From: Chiloscyllium plagiosum | Taxonomy: Eukaryota | Direction of reading: 5' to 3' | Assembly (NCBI RefSeq): GCF_004010195.1 | Contig: NC_057720.1 | Span: 28,963,354 to 29,027,353 of the forward strand | Length of the DNA stretch: 64,000 bases | Part shown: piece by piece, positions 21,801 through 33,650 of the stretch | Layout: every line of letters begins with the position of its first letter | Position numbering within the stretch: the first letter of the stretch is position 1 | Position numbers and translations under genes: made by a program | The notes under the pieces: generated by a model | The model's input: the letters and a program-made list of their open reading frames with translations, nothing else | What the model was told of the DNA's origin: nothing | The model's database searches: none

Positions 21801-22404
21801 GTAAGTAATATAAAGACTTCGTTGTAATTCAACATGTTGTATGCTATGTGTGTAGGCAAACACTTAGAAGTTACGCCAACCCAAGTACTTTCTAATGGTT
21901 CTGTTTTTTGCAATTAGAACTTAAGAAATCATATTGGAGTGGAACATTCAGTCCCTTGAACACCCTCTGCCATTCAGTGAGATCATGGTGGATCTCATTT
22001 CAATGCTATTTTCATGCATTCTCACCATAACGCTTAACGTTTTTAATATAGAAATCTATCAATCTCAGTCTTGAACATATTCAAGAACTAAGCCTCCAGA
22101 GCCCTTTTCTACAGAGAATTAAGATTTATCACCTGTAGGATGAAGAAATTCATCTTCATCTGTCAGAAATGGCCTGATCCTAATTCTGAGACAATGCACC
22201 CTGATACAAGATCATCAGCTGAGTTAATCATCCCTCTGGCATCTACCTTTTCTCATTAATGGGATGTGTGTGTTGCTGATTAGGCCAGCAGTTATTGCCT
22301 AACCCTAATTGTCATAATTAACAGTCAACCACATTGCTGTGGGTCTGGAGGTACATTTGGGTCAAACTAGGGAAGAATGGCTGTTTCCTTCCTGAAAGGA
22401 CAGT

Positions 22405-23345
22405 GAACATAGAAAATAGGTGCAGGAGTAGGCCATTCAGCCTTTTGAGCTTGCACTACTATTCCTGCTTTCTCTCTTTGATCCCTATAGATGCAACAGC
22501 ATTATGCAGCTCCCTCTTGAATACATCAAATGAACCAGCCTCAATTCTGTGCAAGACAATTCCACTGGTTCACAATCCCAGGTGAAAAAATTCTTCTTCA
22601 TCTCAGTCCTGAATGGCTTACCCTTATTCTTAGACTGTAACCCCTAGATCTGGACTTTCCCAATATTAGGAACATTCTTCCTGCGTCTAGCCTGTCCAGT
22701 CCCATCAAGATTTTGTTTTTATCAGATTCCTCCCTCATTCTTCTAAATGCCAGTGAGTATAAGACCAGTCTTTGTTCATATGTCAGTCCTGCCATTCTGG
22801 GAATCAGTCTGGTGAAATTTTGCATAACAGCAGCAAGACATCCATACCTCTAATCAAATCGTCCTGCTGTGAAGGCCGGCATGCCAATAGCTTTCCTCAC
22901 TGCCTGCTTCTCCTGCATGCCAACCTTCAACAACTGTTCCACCATGGCACCCAGGTCTCGTTGCACCTCACCTTTTCCTAAACTGCCATCATTCAGATCA
23001 TCATCTGCCTTCCTGCTTTTGCCACCAAAGTGGATAATCTCTCATTTATCTACATTATGCTGCATTTGCCAAGTATGCACTCATGCAGCCAGCCTGTCCA
23101 AGTCACCTGCAACCTCTTAGCATCCCCCTCACAGCACACACTGCCACCCAGCTTAGTGTTGTTTGCAAATTTGGAGATATTGCATTCAATTAATTTGTCC
23201 AAATCGTTAATGTATATTGTAAACAGCTGGGGTCCCAGCATCAAACCCTTCAGTAACCCACTCATCACAGCCTGCCACTCCGAAAAGGTCCTGTTTATTC
23301 CAACTCCATTCTTTCTGTCTGCCAATCAGTTCTCTATCCACGTCA
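22405..23345 (-). mobile_element. CR1 LINE 3' fragment (different subfamily) nested in an old SINE
   Basis: WQAVMSGLLKGLMLGPQLFTIYINDLD..ISKFANNTKLGG and FTRLIPRMAGLTYEQRL. Confidence 0.85.
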
Positions 23346-23789
23346 ATAAATTGTCATTTGTCAGGAAAATATTTCTGATAATGGTTTCATAGTCACTATT
23401 AGACTCTTAGATCCAGATTTTTATTGCATTCAAATTCCACTATTTACCATAGCAAGATGCAAACCGGCCTCGATTAATAGTCTACTGACAAACCAGTAGG
23501 CCATCTCCTCCCCAGAGATCTTGATGATCCCGTTTGCATTTTAAATAATTGATTGAGATCACCATTTATTCTTCACTACCTGATATGGCAACTGTACCAT
23601 TCAAGATTGGAGATGGTTACAGAGAGTGGTGAACTCGGCCCGGACAATCACAAAGGCCAACCTCCCATCTATAGAATCCGTTTACCAGGCCCGCTGTCAG
23701 GGAAAGGCCACCAGCATTCTCAAAGATCCATCTCACCACTAGCAATGTTTTTCTATAGTCTTATTTCTGACATTCATTGTGTTAAAGCA

Positions 23790-24795
23790 GACACACTTTA
23801 ACCAATCCTTTTGTTTCATCACGTGAGAAACCATCCCAATAGATTCACTACATCCTGTCACTGCCCCCCCTCTCAGATATGTGGCTCTGATTCCCAACCC
23901 CTTGCCAAACTAGTTTAAACCCTCACAAACCACATGAGCAAATATTCCACCCACGACATTTGTGCCCGTCCAGTTCAGGTCCAACCCGTCCTTCATGTAC
24001 AGGTCCCACCTTCCCCCTAAGTCATCCCAATGGTCTAGGTATCTGAAGCCCTCCCTCCTGCATCAGCCTCGCAGCCACGTGTTAAGCTGCATTTGCTGAC
24101 CGTTCCTCACCTCGCCTCACTATCTCGTGGCACCGGTAGCAAACCCGAGATCACTACTCTACTCATCCTGCTCTTCAGCTTCCAACCTAGCTCTCTGTAG
24201 TCACTTTTCAGATCCTCAATCCCTTTCTTGGCTATATCATTGGTGCCAATATGCACCACTCTCTAGCTGCTCACCCTCTCCCTTCAGAATTCTGTAAACC
24301 AGATCGGCGACATTCCGGACCCTGGCACCGGGGCGGGAACATACCTTCCCAGAATCCCATTCCTGACCAAAAAATCTCCTGTCAATCCGTCTAACTATTG
24401 AGTCCCCTACCACTAGCACTTCGTTATTCTCCACATCCCCCCCCCCGCGCCCTTCCCTTCTGAGCCACAGTGCCAGGCTCAATGCCAGAGACCTGAACAA
24501 ATATGGCTTCCACCTGGTAGGCCATTCCCCACCAGCAGTATCCAAAATGGGAAGCTTGTTGCTGAGGGGAATGGCAGCAGCAGTACCCTGCCCAATCTGT
24601 TGGTTCCCTTTCCTCATCCTGACTGTAACCCAGCTGTTCTTATCTTGTGAATGAGGAGTGACCACCTCCCTGTACATCCTCTCAATTTCTCCTTCAGCCT
24701 ACTGAATGATTCGTAGTTCATCCAGCTCCAGCTCCAGTTCCCTAACTTGGTTTTCGAGGAGATGAGTTGGGTGCACTTCCTGCAGATGTGGTTGT
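23790..24795 (-). mobile_element. CR1 ORF1 segment (zinc finger, coiled coil, esterase), inverted
   Basis: HICRKCTQL, LENQVRELELELDELRII and VLVVGDSIVRRIDRRFFG..VCSRPGARVRNV. Confidence 0.85.
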
Positions 24796-24855
24796 CCATG
24801 CTGACCAGATATCCCAACAACATCTAGTTCCACCTGCCAGCACCCAACCCATATG

Positions 24856-26705
24856 ACTTGAGAGAAATCAGGAGGGCAAAGTTGGGATATGAGATAGTTT
24901 TGGCAAATAGAATTAAGGAGAATCCAAAGGGTTTTTGCAAATACATTAAGGACAAAATGGTAACTAGGGAGAGAATAGGGCCCCTCAAAGATCAGCAAGG
25001 CGGCCTTTCTGTGGAGCCATAGGAGATGGAGCAGATACCGAATGAGTATTTTGCATCAGTATTTACTGTGGAAAAGGACATGGAAAATATAGAATGTAGG
25101 GAAATAGATGGTGACATCTTGAAAAATGTCCATCTTACAGAGGAGGAAGTGCTGGATATCTTGAAACGCAGGAAAGTGGATAAATCCCCAGGACCTGAGA
25201 ACTCTGTGGGAAGCTAGGGAAGTGGTTGCTGGGCTTCTTACTGAGATATTTGTATCATCGATAGTCATATGTGAGATGCCGGAAGACCTAGAAGTTGGCT
25301 AACGTGGTGCCACTGTTTAAGAAAGGTGGTAAGGACAATCCAGGGAACTATAGACCAATGAGCCTGATGTCGGTGGTGGGCAAGTTGTTGGAGGGAATCC
25401 TGAGGGGCAGGATGTTTATGTATTTGGAAAGGAAAGGACTGATTATGGATAGTCTACCTGGCTTTGTGTGGAAAGTCATGTCCCATAAGCGTGATTGAGT
25501 TTTTTGAAAAACTAACAAAGAGGATTGATGATGGCAGAGCGGTAGATGTGATCTATATGGACTTCAGTAAGGCGTTCAATAAGGTTTCCCATGGGAGACT
25601 GGTGAGCAAGGTTAGATCTCACGGAATACAGGAAAAACTCACAATTTGGATACAGAACTGACTCAAAGGTAGAAGACAAGATGGGTTGTTTTTCATCCTG
25701 GAGGCCCGTGACCAGTGGAGTGCCACAAGGATCAGTGCTGGGTCCACAACTTTTCATCATTTATATAAATTATTTGGATGGGAGCGTAAGAGATATAGTT
25801 AGTAAGTTTGCAGATGACACCAAATTTAGAGATGTAGTGGACAGCAAAGAAGGTTACCTCTGATTACAACGGGATCTTGATCAGATGGGCCAATGGGCTG
25901 AGAAGTGGTAGATGGAGTTTAATCCAGATAAATGTAGTTGCTGCATTTTGGGAAAGCAAATCTTAGCAGGACTTATACCCTTAATGGTAAGGTCCTGGGG
26001 AGTGTTGCTGAAGAAAGAGACCTTGGAGTGCAGATTCAAAGCGCCTTGAAAGTGGAGTCGCAGGTAGATAGGTATTTGGTATGCTTTCCTTTATTGGTCA
26101 GAGTATTGAGTACAGGAGTTGGGAGGTCATGTTGCGGCTGTACAGGACATTGGTTAGGCCACTGTTGGAATATTGCATGCAATTCTGGTCTCCATCCTAT
26201 CGTAAAGATGTTGCGAAACTTGAAAGGGTTCAGAAAAGATTTACAAGGATGTTGCCAGGGTTGGAGGATTTGAACTATAAAGAGAGGTTGAATAGGCTGG
26301 GGTTATTTTCCCTGGAGCGTCAGAGGCTGAGGGGTGACCTCAAAGAGGTTTATAAAGTCATGAGAGGCATGGATAGGATAAATAGACAAAGTCTTTTCTC
26401 TGGAGTGGGGGAGTCCAGAACTAGAGGGCATAAGTTTAGGGTGAGAGGGGAAAGTTATAAAAGACACCTAAGAGGCAACTTTTTCGCGCAGAGGGTGGTA
26501 CGTGTATGGAATGAGCTGCCAGAGGGAAGTGGTGGAGGCTAGTAGATTTGCAACATTAAAAAGGCATCTGGATGGGTATATGAATAGGAAGGGTTTGGAG
26601 GGATATGGGCCAGGTGCTGGCAGGTTGGACTAGATTGGGCTGGAATATCTGGTTGGCATGGATAAGTTGGACCGAAGGGTCTGTTTCCATACTGTACATC
26701 GCTAT
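24856..26705 (+). mobile_element. CR1 ORF2 (RT) and 3' UTR, decayed
   Basis: [49 protein letters not shown] and LYRTLVRPLLEYC. Confidence 0.93.
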
Positions 26706-26850
26706 AACTCTACCATCGGGGAGAAGGTGCAGAAGCCTGAACACATGCACCAGCCGGTTTTGAAACAGTTTCTACCCTACTGAATGAACTCACAAACTTT
26801 TAACATTCGCCTGTATCTGTGTTTTTGTTTTTGCTGCTGTTTACCTATTC

Positions 26851-27301
26851 GATTAGATTAGATTAGATTAGATTACTTACAGTGTGGAAAAAGGCCCTTC
26901 GGCCCAACAAGTCCACACCGACCCGCCGAAGCGCAACCCACCCATACCCCTACATTTACCCCTTACCTAACACTACGGGCAATTTAGCATGGCCAATTCA
27001 CCTGACCTGCACATCTTTGGACTGTGGGAGGAAACCGGAGCANNNNNNNNNNNNNNNNNNNNNNNNNNNNNNNNNNNNNNNNNNNNNNNNNNNNNNNNNN
27101 NNNNNNNNNNNNNNNNNNNNNNNNNNNNNNNNNNNNNNNNNNNNNNNNNNNNNNNNNNNNNNNNNGTGGACTTGTTGGGCCGAAGGGCCTGTTTCCACAC
27201 TGTAAGTAATCTAATCTAATCTAATCCACACAGTCAGTCGCCTGAGGCGGGAATTGAACCCGGGTCTCTGGCGCTGTGAGGCAGCAGTGCTAACCACTGT
27301 G
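26851..27301 (-). mobile_element. Young HE1 SINE containing a gap and an opposite-orientation SINE tail
   Basis: Near-identical to 5928-6241. CCTATT duplicated at 26844-26849 and 27302-27307. + strand SINE tail at 27166-27224 directly after the N gap. Confidence 0.8.
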
Positions 27302-28316
27302 CCTATTATTTACTGATCTATGCTATTTTAGTCTGATCTGCCCATATTGCTTGCAAGACAAAGCTTTTCTCTGTGCCTTGGTACACGTGACAATAAATTC
27401 AATTCAATTCAAAAATTCAGAGAATATAGGTCCAGTCCATTCAATCTTTCCCTATAGGATAATCCCTCCAGCTCAGAAAGTTTAGTGAGCCTTCATTGCA
27501 CTCCCTCCATCACAAATATATCATCTTTTGGGAAGGAAACCAAAGCTGTACAAAATGTGGTCTCATTAAGATTCTACATAATTGCAGTAAGATATTGTTA
27601 CACATATACTCAAATCCTCTTCTAATACAGGGGCAACATACCATTTGGCTGCTTTAATTGTTTACTGTACTTTCAAGTTAATGCTCAGTAGCTCATTAAC
27701 ATTTTCTCACTATTTAATAAATACTCTGTATTTATATTTTCCTACCAAAATTGATAACCATGCATTTGCCTACTCAGCCTAAAACTGTTTGAAGTGTCTT
27801 TGCATCCTCCTCATGGTTCATGTTCACAGATGTGGTTGACCTGGATTTCTATGTGGAACCTGAGAGCACCCACAATTACAGCCATAATATATCAACTGAC
27901 CTGCAGTCTTAACTATACACTTGAATGCATTTATTTAGTTAAGTTGTTGTTCCTCTCTTTGCCTGACTCCTGCTTTCATATTCTATGAAGCTCAAGCAAT
28001 CCTCAGGTGGCACTGAGAAACCTATATTTATAGATATTTTTAATCAACCTGTTCAGAGTTATGTGCTCCTCTGGAGCAGATGGGACTTGAACCTGGCCCA
28101 GTGGAAGGGGCACTACCACTGCAGCAGAAGAGTCTTTTACCTGTATTTATATTCTTTTTTTGATAAGCTGTCAGTTAGAAGTGTTAAGTAGTTAGCTTGT
28201 TAGCAAACCTAATAGCTACAGCTTCTCTGAGCATTTCTTTTATCCGTCAAGTCTGGAAACTACTGAACACTTCTTCTATATAGTAACTTGCTTCTTTTAT
28301 TGGCAATTTTTAAGTT

Positions 28317-28476
28317 AAATTAGATTACTTACAGTGTGGAAACAGGCCCTTCGGCCTAACAAGTCCACACCAACCCGCCGAAGGGCAACCCACCCAGACC
28401 CATTCCCCTATATTTACCCTTCATCCAACACTACAGGCAATTTAGCATGGCCAATTCACCTAACCTGCACATTTTT
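28317..28476 (-). mobile_element. HE1 SINE 3' fragment
   Basis: TTAGATTACTTACAGTGTGGAAACAGGCCCTTCGG...GGCCAATTCACC, as in the other copies. Confidence 0.8.
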
Positions 28477-29888
28477 GCTAAATGTAAGCAACATTAGACT
28501 TTACTGAGAGATTATTCCTTAAGATCAGTTTCACTAAGCTAACCCCTAGTTTCACACTCTGCAGTTATGCTGCATTTACTAGTTTGACCATGGCCGTTGG
28601 ATATACCAGGGTTGCTCTATCTCCTTTACTTATCATAATTCCTTTTGCCATAATCATTACTGCCTTCTGCCCCAGAGTCATTGAGATCTACAGAAAAAGG
28701 CCCCTTGGCCCCTCATGTTCATGCCAGTCAAAAACAAGTATCTAACTGTTCTCCTCTCATTTTTCAGCAATTGCCCTGTATGCCTTAGCATTGCAATTGC
28801 ATATCTAAGTATTCACCCTCTCACAACCCATATTTGCTCCACATGTAACCTAAAACATGTAACATCTCTGACTTTTGCCTATTCTGACAAAAGGTCAAGG
28901 ACTTTACAAAATTAGCTTAATTTACTTTAGCACAGATGCTACCTAAGTATTTCCACTATGTTCTGTTTTTTTCATCAAGATTTTTTATTGTTGTTCAATG
29001 CTTTTAAACTTTCTTAGGAAACAAAAAGCCAGTTCTGAATCTCAGCATCTACAGATAATGGAAATATGATTTGAAGTAGATATAATTACTTATCAGAACA
29101 TGTGCACGTCATATCTTCCCAAATTGCTGGAATATGAGGGAAAGCTGGCGATTCTAATTTGTAACAAATGTCTGGTCTTATGAAGGAAATTACGGTATCG
29201 TACTTTCTTGAAATGCAGCTTCTAGGTATGGTTTACTGTAGATGCCAGAAATAATTAGCACCAGTAAATGAAAGCTTGGAGGAAATATTTAAGTAATGGT
29301 CCTTGTTTGCTCCTGCACTTTTTATGTTCTGTCCTTGCCTGTTGTCAATTCCTAAAAACCCCGCGCACTGGCCAAGAAACTCTCAGAAAAAAATGATAAA
29401 TTACTTCTGAAAGAAGCAGGAAATGCACAAGAGGCCAGTCAGTGGTGAGAACACACAGGTTTGAATTTTGGTACCAACTTTCTTTAGAGCAAGAGCCTTC
29501 AGATGAAGGGTTCACATTCCAAATATAAACTTGTCCATTTATTTTAATGGAATTCTAACTTTTGTACTACATTAAAAGGTTGGTTTTCATTTGCAGTTTT
29601 TACTCAGGCAAAATTGATTCTTGAGTGTCAATTGAAATTTAATTGAATGTCACTACTGTTGACTGCAATGAGTAGACTGAAATGTAATGGGCAATCAGCA
29701 GTTCAGTTGGCTGGATCCTTGTTTGCAAAGCTGAGTGGCGAAAGCAAAGGCTTTGCCTGGTGACCCCCAGGATAAACTCACCATCTGTCACTTCTCTGTA
29801 ATGAGCGCTCTGCCCAGCACTGTAGCAACTTTCATTTTTGAGGCATTACCTGCCTCCAGGAGTGGATATGAATGATCCAATGGTACTA

Positions 29889-30099
29889 CAGACTGTTCTG
29901 ATATAAAGCAAAAGTTGTGTTCCCATGCAATCCCACGTTTTAAGAAAATTGCAGCACCATTTAAATCAATGGAATCAAAATCGGGTTATAGCCAATACAG
30001 GTAAGGAAAGTTTGCATTCTATAAATAATAGCCTCAATTCTTCAATTGTGTTATAGACAATTCACATTGAAGAAATGCACGTTATCACAGAACCAACTT
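29889..30099. mobile_element. Possible Tigger/pogo-type MITE
   Basis: TA at both flanks. Imperfect TIRs CAGACTGTTCTGATATAA / TTATCACAGAACCAACTT. Confidence 0.45.
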
Positions 30100-30622
30100 T
30101 ATTTCTAAGATGTGATCAATCTTGCCCCCTCACCAACATCACAAAAAACATTATTTGGCCATTCTCACATTCCTCTTTGTCGGAGTCAACCATTCTCATC
30201 TCTCACTCTCACTGATTTCATCACTGAATACACTTAAAAAGGACTTGATTAGGTGTAAAGTGCCTTGAGACATCCCATAACTATGACAGGTACCTGTATA
30301 ATATTGTGCAGGATTTTGGTTGAAATCTTCTGTTCTATTACCTGATGTACTTATATAAGGTATGATTTGTCTCGTTAGTATGCAAAATAATACTTTTCAC
30401 TGTATCTTGGTACATGTGAATAATAAATCAAATCAAACCAAAGATTGGCTTCGAAACATGATTGCAAGTCAAGTGTATTTCTCTATATAGATGGAAGACA
30501 TTAACTCTCTGCACAATCCAGTCTGTGCCTCTGCCAAGCATCTGTAAAATAGAATTCTGTCTGAATTTTTTTTTTCATTGTTTGGTGTAATTTTGCTATC
30601 TTTTCCACCTTTTATGAAATTA

Positions 30623-31345
30623 AGAATCACACAACACCAGGTTCTAGATGAAGGACTTTTTCCCGAAACGTCAATTTTCCTGCTCCTCTGATGCTGCCTG
30701 ACCTGCTGTGCTTTTCCAGCAACACTCTAATCTAGACCCTGGTTTCCAGCATCTGCAGTCCTTGTTTTTAACACCAGGTTATAGTCTGATAGGTTTATTT
30801 GAAAGTACAAGCTTTTGTACCTCTGCTCCTTTGTCAGGTAGCTAGTAGAGTAGGATCATAGGACACAGAATTTATAGGAAAAGATTACAGTATCATACAT
30901 TGATGTGATATGTTAAACAAACCTAGATTGCTGTTAAGCCTTTCATCTTTTAGAATGAGTTGCAGGTTTCAATTCGTTAATATATAAATTATAGAACTTC
31001 TTTCAAGTCACATTCCCGAGATAGCTTAAGGTTTTATAAAACCTTCTATTTTATCTCTGGAATGTGACTTGAAATAAATTCTGGGACTTACATATTAATC
31101 AACCAAAACCTGCAATCAATTATGAAAGACTTAACAACAATTTAGGTTTGTTCAATATATTGCATCAATGTATGAATCTATGATCTTTTGCTGTAAATTC
31201 TGCATCCTATGATCCTACTCCACTAGCTACCTGATGAAGGAGCAGCGCTCCGAAAGCTTGCACGTTCAAACAAACCTGTTTGACTATAACCTAGTGTTGT
31301 GTGAATTTTAACTTCGTCCATCCCAGGCCAACACAGGCACCTCAA
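30623..31345. mobile_element. Fold-back Penelope terminal-repeat element with a nested second PLE end at 30644-30769
   Basis: ~30770-31023 is the inverted copy of ~31052-31300. The nested insert has 11-bp TSD AACACCAGGTT (30633-30643, 30770-30780). Confidence 0.8.
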
Positions 31346-31466
31346 CACCTTTTTATGAAAATTAGTTAGAAATCCTTTAAGCTGCCAACATGTGATACAA
31401 TAATACATCCTGTAACCAGTCAAACTCTAAAATTCTACACCACTTGTTTTTACTTGTAGGAGGAGA

Positions 31467-32033
31467 ATGCTGTCTGCCTCTTCAGGAGCTGAGGTCCAGT
31501 GCAACATTACAATTGAATACCTCAACCCAGCTGGCCAGGCGACCAAGCGCAAAACAATTCGCAATGCCATTGTCACCCTCGGGCGCAATGAATTCCGTGA
31601 CATCCTTCTCCGGGTACACGATGGCAAGCTGTCTCAAAGCTTTGTCCTACGTGAAATCCAACTTTTCACGCAGTTTATTCGGGATGGAAAGAGTTCCATC
31701 AAACTGATTCCTGATAATATTCAGATCCTAGTTTCGAACTGTCCACCAGATAACCTTAAAGTACTCTTTAAAACTCTTTCCATAAAATATGCTGCAGATA
31801 AGAAGGCCAGCAAACCAGTCAGTGAGCGAACCCGGCTGCTGTCCACACTCCCAAGGACATTTGATACAATCAGTCCAGTACAAGTACAGGACGTGGAAAG
31901 GGCTAATGGGCTTAAATCACACAGAACTGTGCAAACACCAATTTCAACCAAGGGGCTGAAGAATCGAATAAACAACATTGGGCCAAGCAGAAACATAAAA
32001 CGACCCCGGAGTATCTCATCAGAAAACTGTCTG
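31467..32033 (+). CDS. PIF1: PIF1 helicase coding exon 1 (N-terminal domain, 189 codons)
   Basis: Acceptor TTGTAG ending 31459, ATG at 31467. MLS..TLGRNEFRDILLRV..LFTQFIRDGKSSI..SNCPPDNLK..FDTISP matches the vertebrate PIF1 N-terminus. Donor CTG|GTATGT, phase 0. Confidence 0.95.
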
Positions 32034-32124
32034 GTATGTAATCTGTTCCCAAGATGCTTTATTTAATGTTGGTCTCAATGTGGTTTTCAATAATGATGTG
32101 ACAAGGTAGGTTTGATATACCAGA

Positions 32125-32522
32125 TTGTGGATGAGCTGGTGTTGGATTGCGTTGGACAAAGTTTAAAAATCACACAACCCCAGGTTATTACCCAACAGGT
32201 TTATATGGAAGTACAAGCTTTCGGAGCACTGCTCCTTTATAAAACCTTAAGTTATCTCAGCAATTTGACTTGAAAGAAGTTCTGGGATTTACATATTAAT
32301 GAATCAAAATTTGCAACCTATTCTAAAAGATGAAAGACTTAATAGCAATCTAGATTTGTTCAATATATGGTATCAGTTGCATGATACAATGATCTTGAGC
32401 TATAAATTCTGTGTCTTATGGTCCTGCTCCATTAGCTACATGATGAAGGAGCAGCGCTCCAAAAGCTAGTACTTCCAAATAAACCTGTTGGACTAGAACC
32501 TGGTGTTGTGTAATTTTTAACT
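32125..32522. mobile_element. Penelope terminal-repeat element with inverted ends (same family as 20300 and 30623)
   Basis: AAAAATCACACAACCCCAGGTT at ~32165 is inverted relative to AACCTGGTGTTGTGTAATTTTTAA at ~32497. The body matches 31060-31310. Confidence 0.8.
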
Positions 32523-33000
32523 TGATGACGCACACAGAGTTAGGAGCTACTTCTGAAATCCTATTGAACTCGAGACGTTAACTCTGTTTCTCTCTACCCA
32601 AATGCCAGCAGACTTGGTGAGTTCCCCTAGCACTTTCTGTTTTTATTTCAGATTTCCAGAATCCAAAGTTTAAATTAAATTTTTTACATGGACTATATAT
32701 GCCTGGCGTAGTTCCAGAGGTACTGGCATGAAGGTCAAGAAAGGCACCAACCAGAAAAAAAGATGCTTCTTTCAGTGAGGAAAACTTATGGGATGGTCTT
32801 CCCTACTTGCCTTTTGCATCTGGCCTCCTTACAACTGTGAATCAGACGGTATTGACTGGGGCTTGCAAGCATCATTTTTCCTTAATTCTTGGCAAATGAA
32901 CTCTGTGTGAACAGTTTCATAAGGTTCGACTGAAGTATTTATTATGTAATCCTGTGTATAAAGGAAAGAAGGCTGAGCAGCCCTTGTATAGCAAAGAAAT

Positions 33001-33270
33001 GGGCAGCACGGTGGCTCAGTGGTTAACACTAAAGTCTCACAGTGCCAGGGACCCAGGTTTAATTCCACCCTTGAGTGATCTGTGTGGAGTTTGCACACTC
33101 TCCCTGTGTCTGCGTGGCTTTCCTCCAGGTACTCTGATTTCCTCCCACAGTCCAGAGATGTGCAAGTTAGGTGGATTGGTCATGCTAAATTGCCCATAGT
33201 GTCCAGGGATGTGCAGGCTAGGTGGGTTAGCCATGGTATTGCAGGGATGGGGTGGGTCTGGGTAGGATGC
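33001..33270 (+). mobile_element. HE1 SINE
   Basis: GGGCAGCACGGTGGCTCAGTGGTTAACAC head and V-SINE core. Confidence 0.85.
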
Positions 33271-33274
33271 TTTT

Positions 33275-33650
33275 TGGATGTAAGTTTGCTCGCTGGGCTG
33301 GACAATTCGTTTTCAGAAGTTTCATCACCATACTATGTAACATCATCAATGAGCCGTCAGTGAAGCACTGGTGTTAGTAACCTGCTTTCTATTTGTGTTT
33401 AACTTTACTCGGGTTGGTGATGTCATTTGTTGTGGTGATATTATTTGCTGTTCTTTCTCTCAGGGGGTGGTAAATGGGATCCACGTCGATGTGTTTGTTG
33501 ATAGAGTTCTGGTTGGAATGCCATGCTTCTAGGAATACTTGTGCATGTCTCTGTTTGGCTTGTCCTAGGATGGATGTGTTGTCCCAGTTGAAGTGGTGTC
33601 CTTCCTCATCTGTATGTAAAGATATTAATGAGAGTGGGTCATGTCTTTTT
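33275..33650 (-). mobile_element. Penelope-like 3' fragment
   Basis: HTDEEGHHFNWDNTSILGQAKQRHAQVFLEAWHS. Homologous to 12615-12990. Confidence 0.8.

Larger units (their letters stand above)
23573..27410 (+). mobile_element. Rex1/Babar-like LINE 3' end, split by a CR1 composite (23758-26701) and SINEs (26851-27301)
   Basis: YGNCTIQDWRWLQRVVNSARTITKANLPSIESVYQARC..ILKDPSH (23580-23740) continues as LPSGRRCRSLNTCTSRF (~26710-26770). Tail GTGACAATAAATTCAATTCAATTC at ~27388-27410. Confidence 0.7.

Noticed and set aside
33001..33075. tRNA genes at SINE heads (also ~6170-6240, 34556-34625, 48763-48835)
   Set aside because: A and B boxes are present but run into SINE bodies, with no complete cloverleaf.
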